From Dicyema japonicum (Eukaryota > Animalia > Dicyemida), in contig RDEW01000003.1 in assembly GCA_011109175.1 (NCBI GenBank), positions 1,161,071-1,225,070 on the forward strand: a DNA stretch of 64,000 nucleotides, written 5' to 3'. A program made the translations under genes and the position numbers. The notes beneath the pieces are model-generated. The model was not told the DNA's origin. It did no database searches and saw only the letters and a program-made list of their open reading frames with translations. Below are positions 11,881-24,155 of this stretch, piece by piece (the first letter of the stretch is position 1; each line of letters begins with the position of its first letter).

Positions 11881-12326
11881 TTAATTAATTTCATATTTTT
11901 TCGGGAGTGCGGAGACATTTCACCGACTACACACAAAAATACCCTTTAATAAGAATTGTAGAAAAGTATATTTCCAAATCAACAAGTTACGGCAGTTTAA
12001 TCACTTATTGATTGTGAATAATAACCTCATTTAGTCAAGTTTTTAATTGGTCGGAAAATTCAGGAGGTGTGTACCTCTATTACACAAAAATGTCTACATT
12101 CTTCATTTTTATCTGAATATAGCCGAAGTGATGGACATAGAAGACATATAAATCAGATGTTCAGAACAAAAGAAGAGTTAAATGCTCGTAGGATCGGTTT
12201 TGAAAATTGCTTATCACAAAATCGAAAGAATTTAAGGAGGTCGTCTGTCAGAGGTATGACTTATAGAATGCGGTTTAAATAACCCCATTAAGGCAAAATT
12301 AAATTATTAAAATATAGAAAATTAGT

Positions 12327-12725
12327 AATTGAGCTTATAATTTTAATCGATTTTGTTTGGAAATTTCCAGCGGTAAAAATACTATATAAAGAATTTTTAG
12401 CGGAGGAATTGAAATGTCAACGTCTGTGTGGGTGTGCAGGAGTGGTTCTTCAGTCTATGTTGTCCCAACTGTTTCTGAGGGACAGGTTGCTATCTATGAC
12501 GGACAATTTTCTGATTCCTCTGAAGGAATGCAAATTTTGGCAAGACGACTTTCAGATGCGGGACTCCAACAAGTGGCGGACTTTGAGTTTGAGACTGAAC
12601 TTCCGGATGATGCAATTGTCTCTGCTCTTACGGAAAACGTTGATTAGTTTTTAGTGATTCTTTGTTTTCTAGTTGGTTTTTTATTCATTCTGATTATTTC
12701 AATAGAAAATTAAGTTTTCGATAAC
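12327..12725. repeat. Left arm of an ~400 bp inverted duplication (partner 16145-16557)
   Basis: Direct comparison with the reverse complement of 16145-16557 shows identity across the ORF and both flanks. The partner carries a 13-nt duplication upstream. Confidence 0.92.
12414..12647 (+). CDS. Orphan 77-aa acidic protein, copy 1
   Basis: ATG to TAG ORF MSTSVWVCRSGSS...ENVD. Two of the three changed codons versus copy 2 are synonymous. No family recognised. Confidence 0.65.
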   Translation: MSTSVWVCRSGSSVYVVPTVSEGQVAIYDGQFSDSSEGMQILARRLSDAGLQQVADFEFETELPDDAIVSALTENVD

Positions 12726-13541
12726 AATGGCACTTATTCAAATATGTTGAAGTGTTACTTATTTAGAAAAGGGTAGCTACTTGTCAGTATAAAAATCAAT
12801 ATAGTGCATTTTTTAGTATTTTATATCTCTTAATTTTTTAACAAGAACACTAAAACTAACAGTTAGCAACTGCTGGCTGCTCTCATTTTTGGTAAATTAA
12901 TTAGTTGAAAGCTGGGGGCTGCTCGAGTTAAGAGAATTTCAAATACGACAGCCTCTACACCAGATTCCGTGTACATTCGTTGTTGTCGAAACGAGAGGAG
13001 TTTTTGAGCCAAGACGGTTACTTTTCTAAGATCGCTTGGGTCAATGATATCGAAAGTGAGTAATGAGCGTCGAAAACCGAATGGCTGTTCCAAATGATTT
13101 CTCTTATTTGTCGGGAAACAGCCATTCCATACTCTCAGCTGGATTATTTTTTATTTTTTGTTACGTAATAAATTTTTTTCCATTAAATTAAATTATTCCA
13201 TACACCAAGAGTAAAAACAAATTGACTAATTCCTCGATCCTTAAGTTTCCATAGAAACATCATCCAAGAACAGTGACCAAATGGACAATGTCCGGAAAAC
13301 TGAGGTTGAAGCTAAAATTCGTCACCTGGGAGCGAAATAGTTCCTATAGATTATTTTGAATGTCGGCCTTGGGCATTTTATGACTAAGGCTGATCCGATG
13401 ATGCCGCCAGAAGAGGAAAAATCTTCAATCAAGCAGCCACGTGGAAATAACGCTAATATGAAATTAAAAATTTCCTACAATTAATTTACTAAAAACTATT
13501 TAACTTTAAATAAAAAAAATCAATTAAAAAATAAAATAAAA

Positions 13542-14319
13542 TCGCCACATCGTGGCTCACCTACGATGTGGTGACATTGCATAATTTATGTGAAAAAGAG
13601 CCGCAAAATCCCTTTCCCCTCTTCATTGATACGTGGATGGTGTCGTGCATTACTACTTTCTTCCGGCGATGTCAAACCGAATCCAGGACCGCCATTGATT
13701 ATTGCCCAACATGGCTTCAGATCGGGATACTCAACTGCGGTTATCTCCTCCTACAGGAAACATACATCCTTCGATCCTAAATTAACTTGGAATGGAGAGC
13801 TTATCCCAGGTAATAAGAACCCATCAATCCTTGGAGATACATATGACCGTTGATGACGTTCACACATCATGTGGACACAATAATCTCAAGAGTTCAAAAA
13901 AAGACGGGGATCCTCAAGACCTTTTCTAGATCTCCAATATCTTCACTTTCTCATCTCAAATTATTATACAAACAGTTTATTCTATTGACAATGGACCATG
14001 CATGGACCACGCAGAACAAATTAGAGGTCATACAAAACCAATGCCTCCGGATCCTTCTTAAATGTGACAGAATGACACCTACGTCAGAAATGAGGAACAC
14101 ATTAGATCTCAAAAAGTTATGGAACATCTCGGTGACGAACAACAAAAATTCTTGAAAATGGTACGATCTTCTGGTAGCCCCCTTGAAGATGAGTTTCTTG
14201 CCTACCAGAAATATGCTCGCAAATTTGAGATAAAACTTTCCTCTTTTGGACGATCATAAAAGATTGCAGACAAAATCGAAACAAAGGAGGACGCACTGAC
14301 ACCGGGATCACTTAATTAG
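13542..14319 (+). mobile_element. Internally deleted Ingi/Vingi-like LINE with a 2A-like motif (DVKPNPGP)
   Basis: Structured 5' leader, then LLLSSGDVKPNPGP, then directly QHGFRSGYST, then the post-RT region (KLTWNGELIP..NPSILGDTYD, FTHHVDTIISRVQKK), ending GGGATCACTTAATTAG. Confidence 0.78.
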
Positions 14320-14461
14320 ACGATAACTTTTTCCTCTTTCCTGTGTTCCCGGGGTTATAATAATAGTAACATGGCGAGAGCGTATTTTACGCTATGTGGA
14401 TACTTAAATGGAAGATTTTTTTTCTATTCTTCCTCCCTTTTTCTCCAGGAGCTTGAATTTT

Positions 14462-14637
14462 TAGCGTGCGTCATGTGGTTCGCTATCTCTGGTAGTGCTA
14501 GATATACTCCTAAATTATATCCAAAAAGGACTATTAGTAAACAACTATCCAGAGGAGTTCTCCTTGGACGGTACTTCCTTCAAGTCCGAGCATGCGAAGA
14601 CTGCTGAAAGAGGCCGGGATCACTTGAACATTTTAGT
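14462..14637 (+). mobile_element. ~175 bp non-autonomous derivative: 5' leader of the 2A-LINE fused to its 3' end
   Basis: Starts TAGCGTGCGTCATGTGGTTC, identical to the 5' end of 19275-21917. Ends GAGCATGCGAAGACTGCTGAAAGAGGCCGGGATCACTTGA. Confidence 0.78.
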
Positions 14638-16224
14638 TCTGTCTATGACGATGTTCAGTTACTTTTCTTCATTAATTCATGTAGTGATATGATCTACTTG
14701 TCTCAGGAGGTCCGATGCTAGGACCCTATCAAAAACGATCATTTATTGCTTCCCACTCTAATATATCATTTTTGGAGAGATTTCCACGACTTTGGTTTGG
14801 GAGGACTAAGTTACCGCTTAACAAGTAACATGGACATCGATGCATCATCTCCAATTTATTTCGAAAAATAAAGAACCTCCGCTTCTTCTCAAATATCTGA
14901 AAACAGCCTTGTTGAGTAATCTCCACCTGTTAGTATGTCCACCTCATATCATATCCGGTAAGATGAGCTTTACAGCAGCTTACAATCTTGGAATATCATG
15001 TTTTGCTGTCTTCAATCTTTGTTCTCATTTTTTGACAATTAAAACTTGAACAGCTATTGATCCTTCCGTTGTTTTATTTTAGCCCAATCTACGTTAAAAA
15101 CCGCCTGTTTGCAAAATTATGTAATGCGGAACATAACTGCTTTTGGAACCTTGAAAGTGACTTTTTTGATGAAATTGACATTTCAGAAAATAAATTCAGA
15201 AAAGTACATAAAAATTGACCTCTTTTCCACATTAATTTAAATTCCTGTCGAATATGTGAAAGATTAGGTACAAGTTATTCTTCCTCGTCTTGATAGTGCA
15301 CCAAAGTATCTGAAAACCTCTAAATCATTCGTATCCATGTAACTTCGAGACGACGCTATTATAAAGTTAAATACCAAATCCCCCGAACTTAGAGAATAAT
15401 CTGAATCTTGGCTAAGTACTTTATACTAATTCTGACCCCAGAGCTCTTATCTGTGATGCTTTACAATAACTGATGAGTTTATTTGGAGATCTTAGGCGTC
15501 CCTCGTGTTTTATGGTCATTGATATTATCCCTCATATAGGTTTCCTCTATAATTGGCGTTTAAATAAAGTTAGAGCACTGAGATTTTCTATTTGAGGATA
15601 CCGGAATCCTGGGATCCCTTTCAGAATTTGGGTTCAAAAACGTTCATGAAAACTCGATAAATTATTTTGAATTGCCACTTATGAAATGACAATTCAACTA
15701 CTTGATGAATTAATTATGTATAATTATGCGTTATCGACAGAGGATTATAGTCATTTTTTGGTAAATTTCATATTCCTATAAAGAAATATCTTGTCGTTGC
15801 TGTAAAATTTGATTTATTAATCTCTTTCCATTGGAAGACAATTATTAATCTCTTTCCATCGTTTCCTCGAGACAAGTTCATCGCTGGAACGCGTAAGATC
15901 AAGGGGTAAGTTAGTTTGGTTTTACCCTCGGTCTTTGGAATAAATTTATATATTATTGTCTTCACGAACAAGCAGAGAATCAGCGATTATTAGGAAGTGC
16001 GCCATAAATTCAGATCAGTCCCAAAGATCCTTCACAACACAGTCGGGGGTGTTTTGCGCAGGAAAATAAATGACAGCTAACTTTTTAAGGATATTGTCTT
16101 CCACTATTAGGAGACAACTTACAATCTACAAAGATGGGCGGCATTTCTATTAAAAACTTAATTTTCGATTGAAAGTAATCAGAATGAATTGAAAACCAAC
16201 TAGAAAACAAAGAATCACTAAAAA

Positions 16225-16458
16225 CTAATCAACGTTTTCCGTAAGAGCAGAGACAATTGCATCATCCGGAAGTTCAGTCTCAAACTCAAAGTCCGCCACT
16301 TGTTGGAGTCCCGCATCTGAAAGTCGTCTTGCCAAAATTTGCATTCCTTCACTGGAATCAGAAAATTGTCCGTCATAGATAGCAACCTGTCCCTCAGAAA
16401 CAGTTGGGACAACAACGACTGAAGAACCACTCCTGCACACCCAAACAGACGTTGACAT
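16225..16458 (-). CDS. Orphan 77-aa acidic protein, copy 2
   Basis: Same ORF as 12414-12647 with one amino-acid change (Y15V). Confidence 0.65.
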   Translation of the reverse strand: MSTSVWVCRSGSSVVVVPTVSEGQVAIYDGQFSDSSEGMQILARRLSDAGLQQVADFEFETELPDDAIVSALTENVD

Positions 16459-17085
16459 TTCAATTCCTCCGCTCAAAATTCTTTTTATAGTATTTTTACC
16501 GCTGGAAATTTCCAAGTAAAATTTCCAAACAAAATCGATTAAAATTATAAGCTCATTAATTTATTACATATTTTTTGATTTAATTTACTTGGCCATGTTT
16601 TAATGAGATTATTATTAGCAACATACAAATCACAAACAAGCACCTTAGATCAATATTACTGGACATACTGGTGGCAGATGGTGAAGAATATTGATGATGC
16701 CAAATATCAAGGCTGTTTAGCTGAAACATCGATGCTTTTACAGATTTCCACGTAACAAATTTTGAATGCATATATATCACCTGAACAATTTTTATGAATA
16801 CAGCGAACAAATATCATTCGAATGAGGGATTGCTGAATTTACACGACGAGTTACAATGCGATTTCATTTTTGCGGAAAATTACAGATTTTTGTTTTCGTG
16901 TTTATTCATCCCATAAGAATACAAAATATCCAGGAGATTGTCTTTAGTTAAATTAAATATTTTATTCTGTTTATCGCTCGTGGTATTTGTTGCTACAAAG
17001 CGGTCTTCGAATCTCTCACAGCCTTCAAGCTTCTGTGAATACCATTCACCACCGATTTAGTTTATGCATTATTTCAAATCTAGCT

Positions 17086-17340
17086 CAGTGTTTCTCAACC
17101 TGGGCGTTTTATATTTTTGGGCGATGGAATTCTAATTTGGGCGATAGAATTTTTAATGATCTTGAAAAATAAGTTTCAAGTATTATAAAATGAGTTCTGT
17201 TCGTAATTTCAAATTTGTATCATTTGGCTTAATCCAAAGTCCCAGTGATAAAATAAGCCGTATTGCTTAATATCCAATATTACTTTGTTGAAGGAAAGCC
17301 GTCAAGGTCATTGTTCCATCTGCAAAGCATGCATCCGTCT
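17086..17340 (+). mobile_element. hAT (Charlie-like) transposon terminus
   Basis: CAGTGTTTCTCAACC terminal motif followed by GGGCG subterminal repeats. No partner end identified. Confidence 0.45.
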
Positions 17341-17439
17341 AAACGAGTAACTTAAAAAATTAAAGGAAATTATATCAAAGCGATTACTCTAAGCAAAAAC
17401 AAAAAATAATAGTTTTCTTTTTAAAAATTATTATGCACA

Positions 17440-17720
17440 TTCGCAACAAGAAAGTTAATCCATTGACGTCGCTTGTGCCGCACCCGGATAATCTGCAGTC
17501 AGACCTGCTCCTCTTGATTTCCATTTTTTGGAGGTCGTCTAAGTCATCAGAATTTTCAAGTCGCGTTTTGACATCTTTAGATCATTGTTTATGGTCAGTA
17601 GAACGGTTGTCCGAGATCTGCCCCGAAATGGGCCGGGGCTTAGAAAATACGATTCCATAATGTTATTTTCTTGAGCACCAAAGTCCAAATAGCCCCCCTC
17701 GAGTAATTTTTTATAGTGGT
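17440..17720 (-). mobile_element. RTE-like 3' fragment
   Basis: Minus strand MESYF...FRGRSRTTVLLTINNDLK, same motif as 11400-11880. Confidence 0.55.
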
Positions 17721-18114
17721 CTCCAAGCTTTCAGATTTACAGATAGTGTGTAGGTTCTGATCACCTTCACATAGCGCATGTCCAATAGGGATTTCAGTTG
17801 TTTTCTGTGAAAAGCATTCAGACTTTTTAAAACACTTTATGTTAAAAAATAGAAATTAAAAGTTAGAAAGCTTGAATGGCCATACTGTTTCCTCTGACAA
17901 TAGCTATCGAGATACGTCTCGAAGCCATCAGCCTTTTAGTCACTTTTCATTTTAGAAGATCTTGAAATTTGTATAAGATATCTGAAATAAATTTGGAGAT
18001 TTCTACACCTTACTTTTCATCATTCAAAACTGAACTTATTTTTTATAAAAAATTGATTTGTTGAATGTTAATATGGCTCAGTGGATCATCAATCCATTTA
18101 ATAATGCACTTTGC

Positions 18115-18500
18115 TAAGAGACATATTAGCTATAGCTCCTCCCAGGCAGGACCACTTTATTTAAGTAAAAACAGTTAGCACAACTAATCATTGAGGAGAA
18201 CAAAGGAATGCTCTTCGCTTCTAATGCCTTTATTGACCAAAATAATAACAGCCATTTCAAAAGACCAATATTATTTCTCCGCAGGGAACACGATTTATTA
18301 AAGCGAATAATAGTTATGCTAACAAATTGTTGAGAGGGAGGCAAAGAATGTTCTTTAACTTTTTTTCTTTTTGATTTGTGTAGGTTTTTATAAACGATCC
18401 GGTTCAACAGTGAGGTATTCGCTGATAACGGTGTCACTCATCGAAACCGAAGCATTGTAGATGGGTGGAACTTTCTGCTAGAATGTATTTGAAATATTCG
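18115..18500 (-). mobile_element. SINE family A copy with an internal insertion
   Basis: Shares both the head-proximal and tail blocks with 1191-1506. Confidence 0.62.
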
Positions 18501-19274
18501 AACTTTTTAAAGGGATTTATAACATTGACAAAAAATCGCCTTAATTATTGTCCCATGCATCACATCCGCTTGTGCCACAATGTCCAGTCAAATTCTTAAG
18601 CTTGAACATCTCACAACCAATGTTTAATCACCAAGTAAAAATCTATTTTTTTATTTTGAATAATATTCATTTAAATGATTTAAATTTTTTCTTAATTAAA
18701 CACGTTTTATTTAACAATAAAATATTATTTATTAACAATAACGGGGGAGAGAGGCTGCTGACATTACGGAGTAAGAGTTTCCGCGGACAATGCAATTCCG
18801 ATTCGTTGCCTCAGCCAGACCGCTTAATGATTTAAATGATTAATTTTTTTACTGGAATACGTATACATACACTTTGGTCAGCCACAATAGGCTTAGGGTA
18901 AATTTTACATATTTGAGATCTTGTACACATCAATAGATTTTGATAATAACTCAGATATAAAAAAATGATGTTATATAGTCATTTTTCAAGTGAAATTTAT
19001 ATTGTTACATTCGAAAATTCGCTCCACACATTAACATTAAAGAATGCGATAATTATATTTAAAATTTAAAGATATTATTTCAATTTATCCGAAAATTTAA
19101 ATTAATTGCCACGTGAATATTATTCATGTTTTTATGGTGAACTTTGGTAATTTTTTACTCTTATAAAATTCACGGATTATGTTCCACATGTCTGACTCTA
19201 TTTTTGAACTTTAAATTCACATGCAAGTTAAGGATTCTTTATTATTATTATTTAAGCCAAAGAAACACCGTCTT

Positions 19275-21917
19275 AACCAATAACTAATATTCAGGTGATC
19301 CCGGCATCTCTCAATAATCGGGCCATTTTTTCTCGATGCTCCGACTGTGATCCCACGCATTTTCTATACGGACGGGGGTCTTTTTCCTTTTCTCTTCTGA
19401 AATTGCCTCCAGTTGCCTCTATGATAGACTCGAGTGCTCTGGGGCAATTTCTTTATCTGTATATTTTTCTAGTAACTTTTTTGCTCTTGACTGGATATCT
19501 TGAATTTTTGTTAGGTTCGTTGCCGACAGGTTAGATCCCCATGCAGCACATGCATAGCCTATTGTTGGCTCGACATACTGCTTGTAGAGGGTCCCGATAC
19601 CTGGCGGATAAATTCCTCCACAGTTCCAAAGGAAGGCCTTTACAAAATTGATCTTCTTTGCACAGGTTGATATGATAGATTCCACATGGGCTGAGAAGCA
19701 GAGGAAAGTATCAAAAGTTACTCCCAGTATCTTCTGCGATTTCTTTTGTGGTATAGGTACTCCATTTAACGTGACATCAATTGTTTGCGTTCCCATCTTT
19801 CTATTCTTAGTAAATAGAGTGACTGCTGACTTTTCGGAACATGCATTTAATCGATTTCGCACAACCATCCAAATATGTTATTTAGTATTCCTTGTAGTCT
19901 TTCTTAGCATGTTCGACGTTTACGTCTCTAGATGCGACAACTATGTCATCGGCATAGGAAAGTAGTATGTCATTATTATTCATAGGTACGGGAGATCACT
20001 CAAAAACAAATTAAAAAGGATTGGTGAAGAGGAGATCCTTGGGGTACACCATTGGGTAATAATCCGATCTGGAACTCTTGTTTCCGACGGATACTTTCCC
20101 TCGGCGTCCACTTACGAAATTTGCTAACCATAACTTTAATGGTGCATCAATTTTTGTCAAAAATATTTTTCGTATGAGGATCTTCCTTGGGACAGAGTCG
20201 AAAGCTTTTTGAATGTCGATCGTACATATGACCGATTTTTCCTGTTTTGGCTTGTTCTTGTGTCCTTCAGTTATGAACTTCATTAATGTTGTTAGGAAGG
20301 AGGTTGTTGATAATCCTTCCTTGAAGCCATGTTGGAATGTTTGTGGGAGAGAAGGGCGAATAACTTTTAGGACCAGTTTCTCCAGGATTCTCGAAAACAC
20401 ATATAAGGGAAACTGGTCTGTAAGAGCCGGGATCGTTCTTCGGTCTTCCCGGCTTCAATATTGGTCGAATTTTTGATAGTTTCCATAAAGTCGGTATGGT
20501 ATTTGTTCAGCGATGTGTTGTAGATGTTTGTTAATGCATTTATTGATGCTGGGCCCAAGTGTTTCAGCAGAATAAAAGGAATTCCGTCTGGGCCACATGA
20601 GTTTGTTTTTTCTAATTTGACATTGCTTTGGATACATCTTTGGGAGAAAATAAATCAGCGGGGCAAATTTGGATGGCTTTCTCTTTATTTTCGTTTGTGA
20701 GTTAATCTTTTTATAAGGAATGTGACTGATTCGAATACAATGTTTCATATATTTATTCAGATTGAGCTGGCATTGTTCTTTGTTATCTTCGTATTCTGGG
20801 TTCTTCAGACGCCTCAACATCTTCCACATGTTGGAAATTGAGGTCTGGTTATTCATGGCAGCAGAGATTCGCCTGAGTTTCTTCCTTTGGGTGTTGTTTG
20901 TGCTTTTCGTGATAAGAATGTTTAGGTCTATGGAGGAGAAATTTTCAGATTGGAAATGTTCCAGTTTTGAATCAACGAAATTTGTAAAGCCAGTCCAATT
21001 TGCATTTTTTGTAATCATAGAAATGAATAGGCTTCGGTACAAGCGTGGCTCGCAGTTCAGCTTCATTAAACATTGAATGGTGGTCGCTCCGGAGTCATAA
21101 ACGGACCGTCCAATTAATGATCGTGGAAAGACGAGGTGAGCAGACGGATAAGTCCGGAGATGTCACCATGTCCTTCGCGTTGTATGGTGTCCTAGAGTTC
21201 TTTATCGGGTTGTTGATGATTATTAAGTTTTGCATTTGGGATAGTAGCAGGTTCCTCTGTTATCAGCGGATTGGTAGCGGAACCAAGAAGGGTGCTTCGC
21301 ATTAAGGTCTCCACATAAAAGCAAGTTCTCCAGTTTGTCCAAGGGTAGATAGGTCAAAGGAGAAATTTTTCTTGCAGGAGCCAGGAGGAGGAACATAAAC
21401 ATTCGCAATTTCAATTTTTCCAATGGAAGTTATAACAGAGATTCCAATTATCTCCGTGTTTCGAGTCTTCCATTAAGCTCTTGTAAAGAGAAGGGTTCTC
21501 GAGGTATTTTATTCCTTTTCTCACAAGAGTCAGTAGACCCCCTCCTTGACCAGATGGGCGGTCGGATCTTACTGTGTTGTATCCGTTAAAGAGAGAGTAG
21601 GAATGTTATTTGAAAGTTTCGTTTCCTGGAGAAGGCAGATGTCCACTCTGTTCCTCTCCAAGAATAAGGAAAGTTCGGCAATTTTTCCTCTGATCCCGTT
21701 TATGTTTAAGCTTTGGATTGTTAACTTCTTTGGGCCTGGGTTTTGTTCCACGTCTCCTGAGGTCAACAGTCTCAATCGATAGAATGTTCCAACAGTGAGA
21801 GAATACCGTCCAGTGGGAAGTCCTCTGGTTTGGTAGAGAGCAAATGGTTCTTTTTTAGATATAGTTTAGGACTATATCCGACGCCACCAGAAACGGTGAA
21901 CCACATGACGCACGCTA
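19275..21917 (-). mobile_element. Near full-length single-ORF APE-type LINE (Ingi/Vingi-like) with an N-terminal 2A/StopGo motif, frameshifted
   Basis: LLTSGDVEQNPGP, then APE motifs (SLNINGI, LLQETKL, LCGDLNAKHPSW), then RT (KPGRPKNDPGSYRPVSL, QHGFK, IDIQKAFDSV, SYADD), then LGVTFD...AGIT-stop. No ORF1 and no RNase H seen. Clade assignment is inference. Confidence 0.85.
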
Positions 21918-21984
21918 ATATACTATAAAGAACCCTAATTTTTAATATTTAATTTTTTTTATTTAAAGACATATTTATTTATAA

Positions 21985-22190
21985 CAATAAAATCGTTCTA
22001 AAGTCCAGCGGATATGATCGAGTGGCTGTTACCTCTGACTACTGCCAGGGATATCCTTTGGAAAAGCCACTCGGTTTCCCGACGCTCCCTCGAGGCTTTG
22101 GTCAATAGACACCCAAGTGCTCTAAGGAAAGAGACCGTCTTGGGGCCAAAGACTCCGCTCGTCTCGACGACCACTGGCTGTACATGGAAA
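21985..22190 (-). mobile_element. CRE-like 3' end
   Basis: Near-identical to 9330-9520. Confidence 0.8.
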
Positions 22191-23339
22191 CGGTAATATT
22201 TAATTATATACTACATTAAATTTTATTTGTATCTAAAATTTGGAGTGTCATTTTAAGCGATAAATTGTGAATCTTATTAATGTCACAAGGGCCATTCGTG
22301 TAATAAAAAGAAGAGACAAGCTAGACAGGGGCGTTGCCAAAACTTTCTGTTCTCCGGGAGAGTGTATGATAATGGTGTGCCTTATAACTACTTAAAAAAT
22401 CGGTAATAAATGAATCGATGCTTATCAAATTAACCTGACATGCGCTGATTTGACATCAAAAACCTCAAATATGATTGTATCTGTTTTAACTTTGAAAAAG
22501 AACGTTCACAACTGACAATTGAGTAGCCAAAGTCTTCAGCGCTATCAGTAGAACGTGTGATCGCTAGAAGCCAATTTTGTCTATGATGAAAAAACATCGA
22601 GAAAAAAATGAGTATAACATAATAACATGAACTCTATGACTTGGATCTGTTTCTTCCTACAGGTGCTGCTATGGGTGGCTGCCTTTATGGTCCCCTCTAG
22701 GCACGCCCATGCAGCTGGACGATACAGAAGCAACCCTCGATAGAAATTCCAGAAGAATCAATCACATTCCTCTCCAGACATCTCCACCTCTTGGATACAT
22801 CAAAGTTTTGGCACCCTCACTTGACCAGCTTGGTTGATATTATCAATCAAATCCTTTTCCAGGTCCACCAATACACTAAGGGACTTGTGGGTACGCCTAA
22901 ACTCTCTTTAATACGTTTCAATGTCTCTGACAAAATATCGCTTGCCATATCTTAAATTCTTCAAAATATCCTATCATTCGAAGGGAAACCTACTTAAATT
23001 TAGATGCGATCACCTCCAAGAACAAATCTGCTATGGAGACAACAGAAGGTTTTTTTAGAAATTCACCTTAAGCGTTTTATTTTTCGCAATTATATAGGCA
23101 AATTATTTTGCAAATAAAAAAATAATTTCATAGGATGCCCAAAGAGTAGTATTGTTCTTTGAAAACATTGCCAGTGACAAAATTTTAGAGGTCATATTTT
23201 AACGTTTAATAAAATGCCTGGTTTGGGTCTTTCTCTTCCTTCGGACGTTGCTTTGGGCGCCTATTTATCTTCGTTCGGCTCGTCAAGGCGTTTAGTGGAT
23301 ACGGTCCTTCACTCTATTTCCGGACTAAACGTACCGCTG

Positions 23340-24155
23340 ACGCCGTCGGGAGCCTGGGATGAATTTATACCTGAATACTCCGGCCAGTTGTGATAAGCAA
23401 AAGTCCTATTTGTTTTGTGTCTTCGAAAAGAAGAAAGAGTCCCTTGAAACGACGGAAGATGTAAGAAGGCTTGCTTGCCTCAAAACGGCCAGTTGTCACT
23501 CGACGGGGGCCTGGATGAACGCTTATCCATCTGCCGAAATTGGAAACCTGTTGGATGATGAAGCTGTGAGAATAGCTACCTCGCTTCGTCTAGGTCTTAA
23601 ATTGTGTGCCGAAAGAAAATGCCGCTGTGGACGTTGGATCGATCCTTTTGGTTATCATCCCTTGTCATGCAAGATGTGTGCGGGTCGTTTCCCTAGGCAC
23701 TCCTGTCTTAACATGGCATTAAAGAATTCCCTTGCCTCTGCTGGACACCATTGCCTGTTAGAACCTGCTGGTCTTTCCCGAAACGATGGAAAACGCCCTG
23801 ATGGGATGACGACTTTTCCATTCGCCAACGGACGAAACCTGATCTGGGACGCGACGTGTGTCGATACTTATTTCCCGTCTAATTTGGTTGCTTCTGCTTC
23901 AGTCCCAGGAAATGCTTCGAAGCAGGCCGAGGAACGGAAGAGGAGAAGTACCAGAGAATTTCGGAAGAGTATCTTTTTGTTCCATTCGCGGTGGAAACGT
24001 CAGGAATCCTTGGCCCCCAAGCAGATGAGTTGGTTCGTAAGATCGGCTCCATGATTCAAGCTGTGACCAAGGATCCGCGAGAGACTGGTTGGTTCGAGAA
24101 CGTATCTCGTTGGTTATTGTTAGGGGAAATAGCATGGCCATTCAGATGCATTAAT
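23340..24155 (+). mobile_element. CRE-like non-LTR retrotransposon 3' portion
   Basis: GAWMNAYP...RIATSLRLG...CRCG...HPLSC...RH...KRPDG...WDATCVDT...VETSG...RGN, with frameshifts near the end. Confidence 0.88.

Noticed and set aside
12383-12390. TATA-like box upstream of the orphan ORF
   Set aside because: Only ~24 nt from the ATG and lies within a plausible 28-nt intron. AT-rich background makes such matches common.
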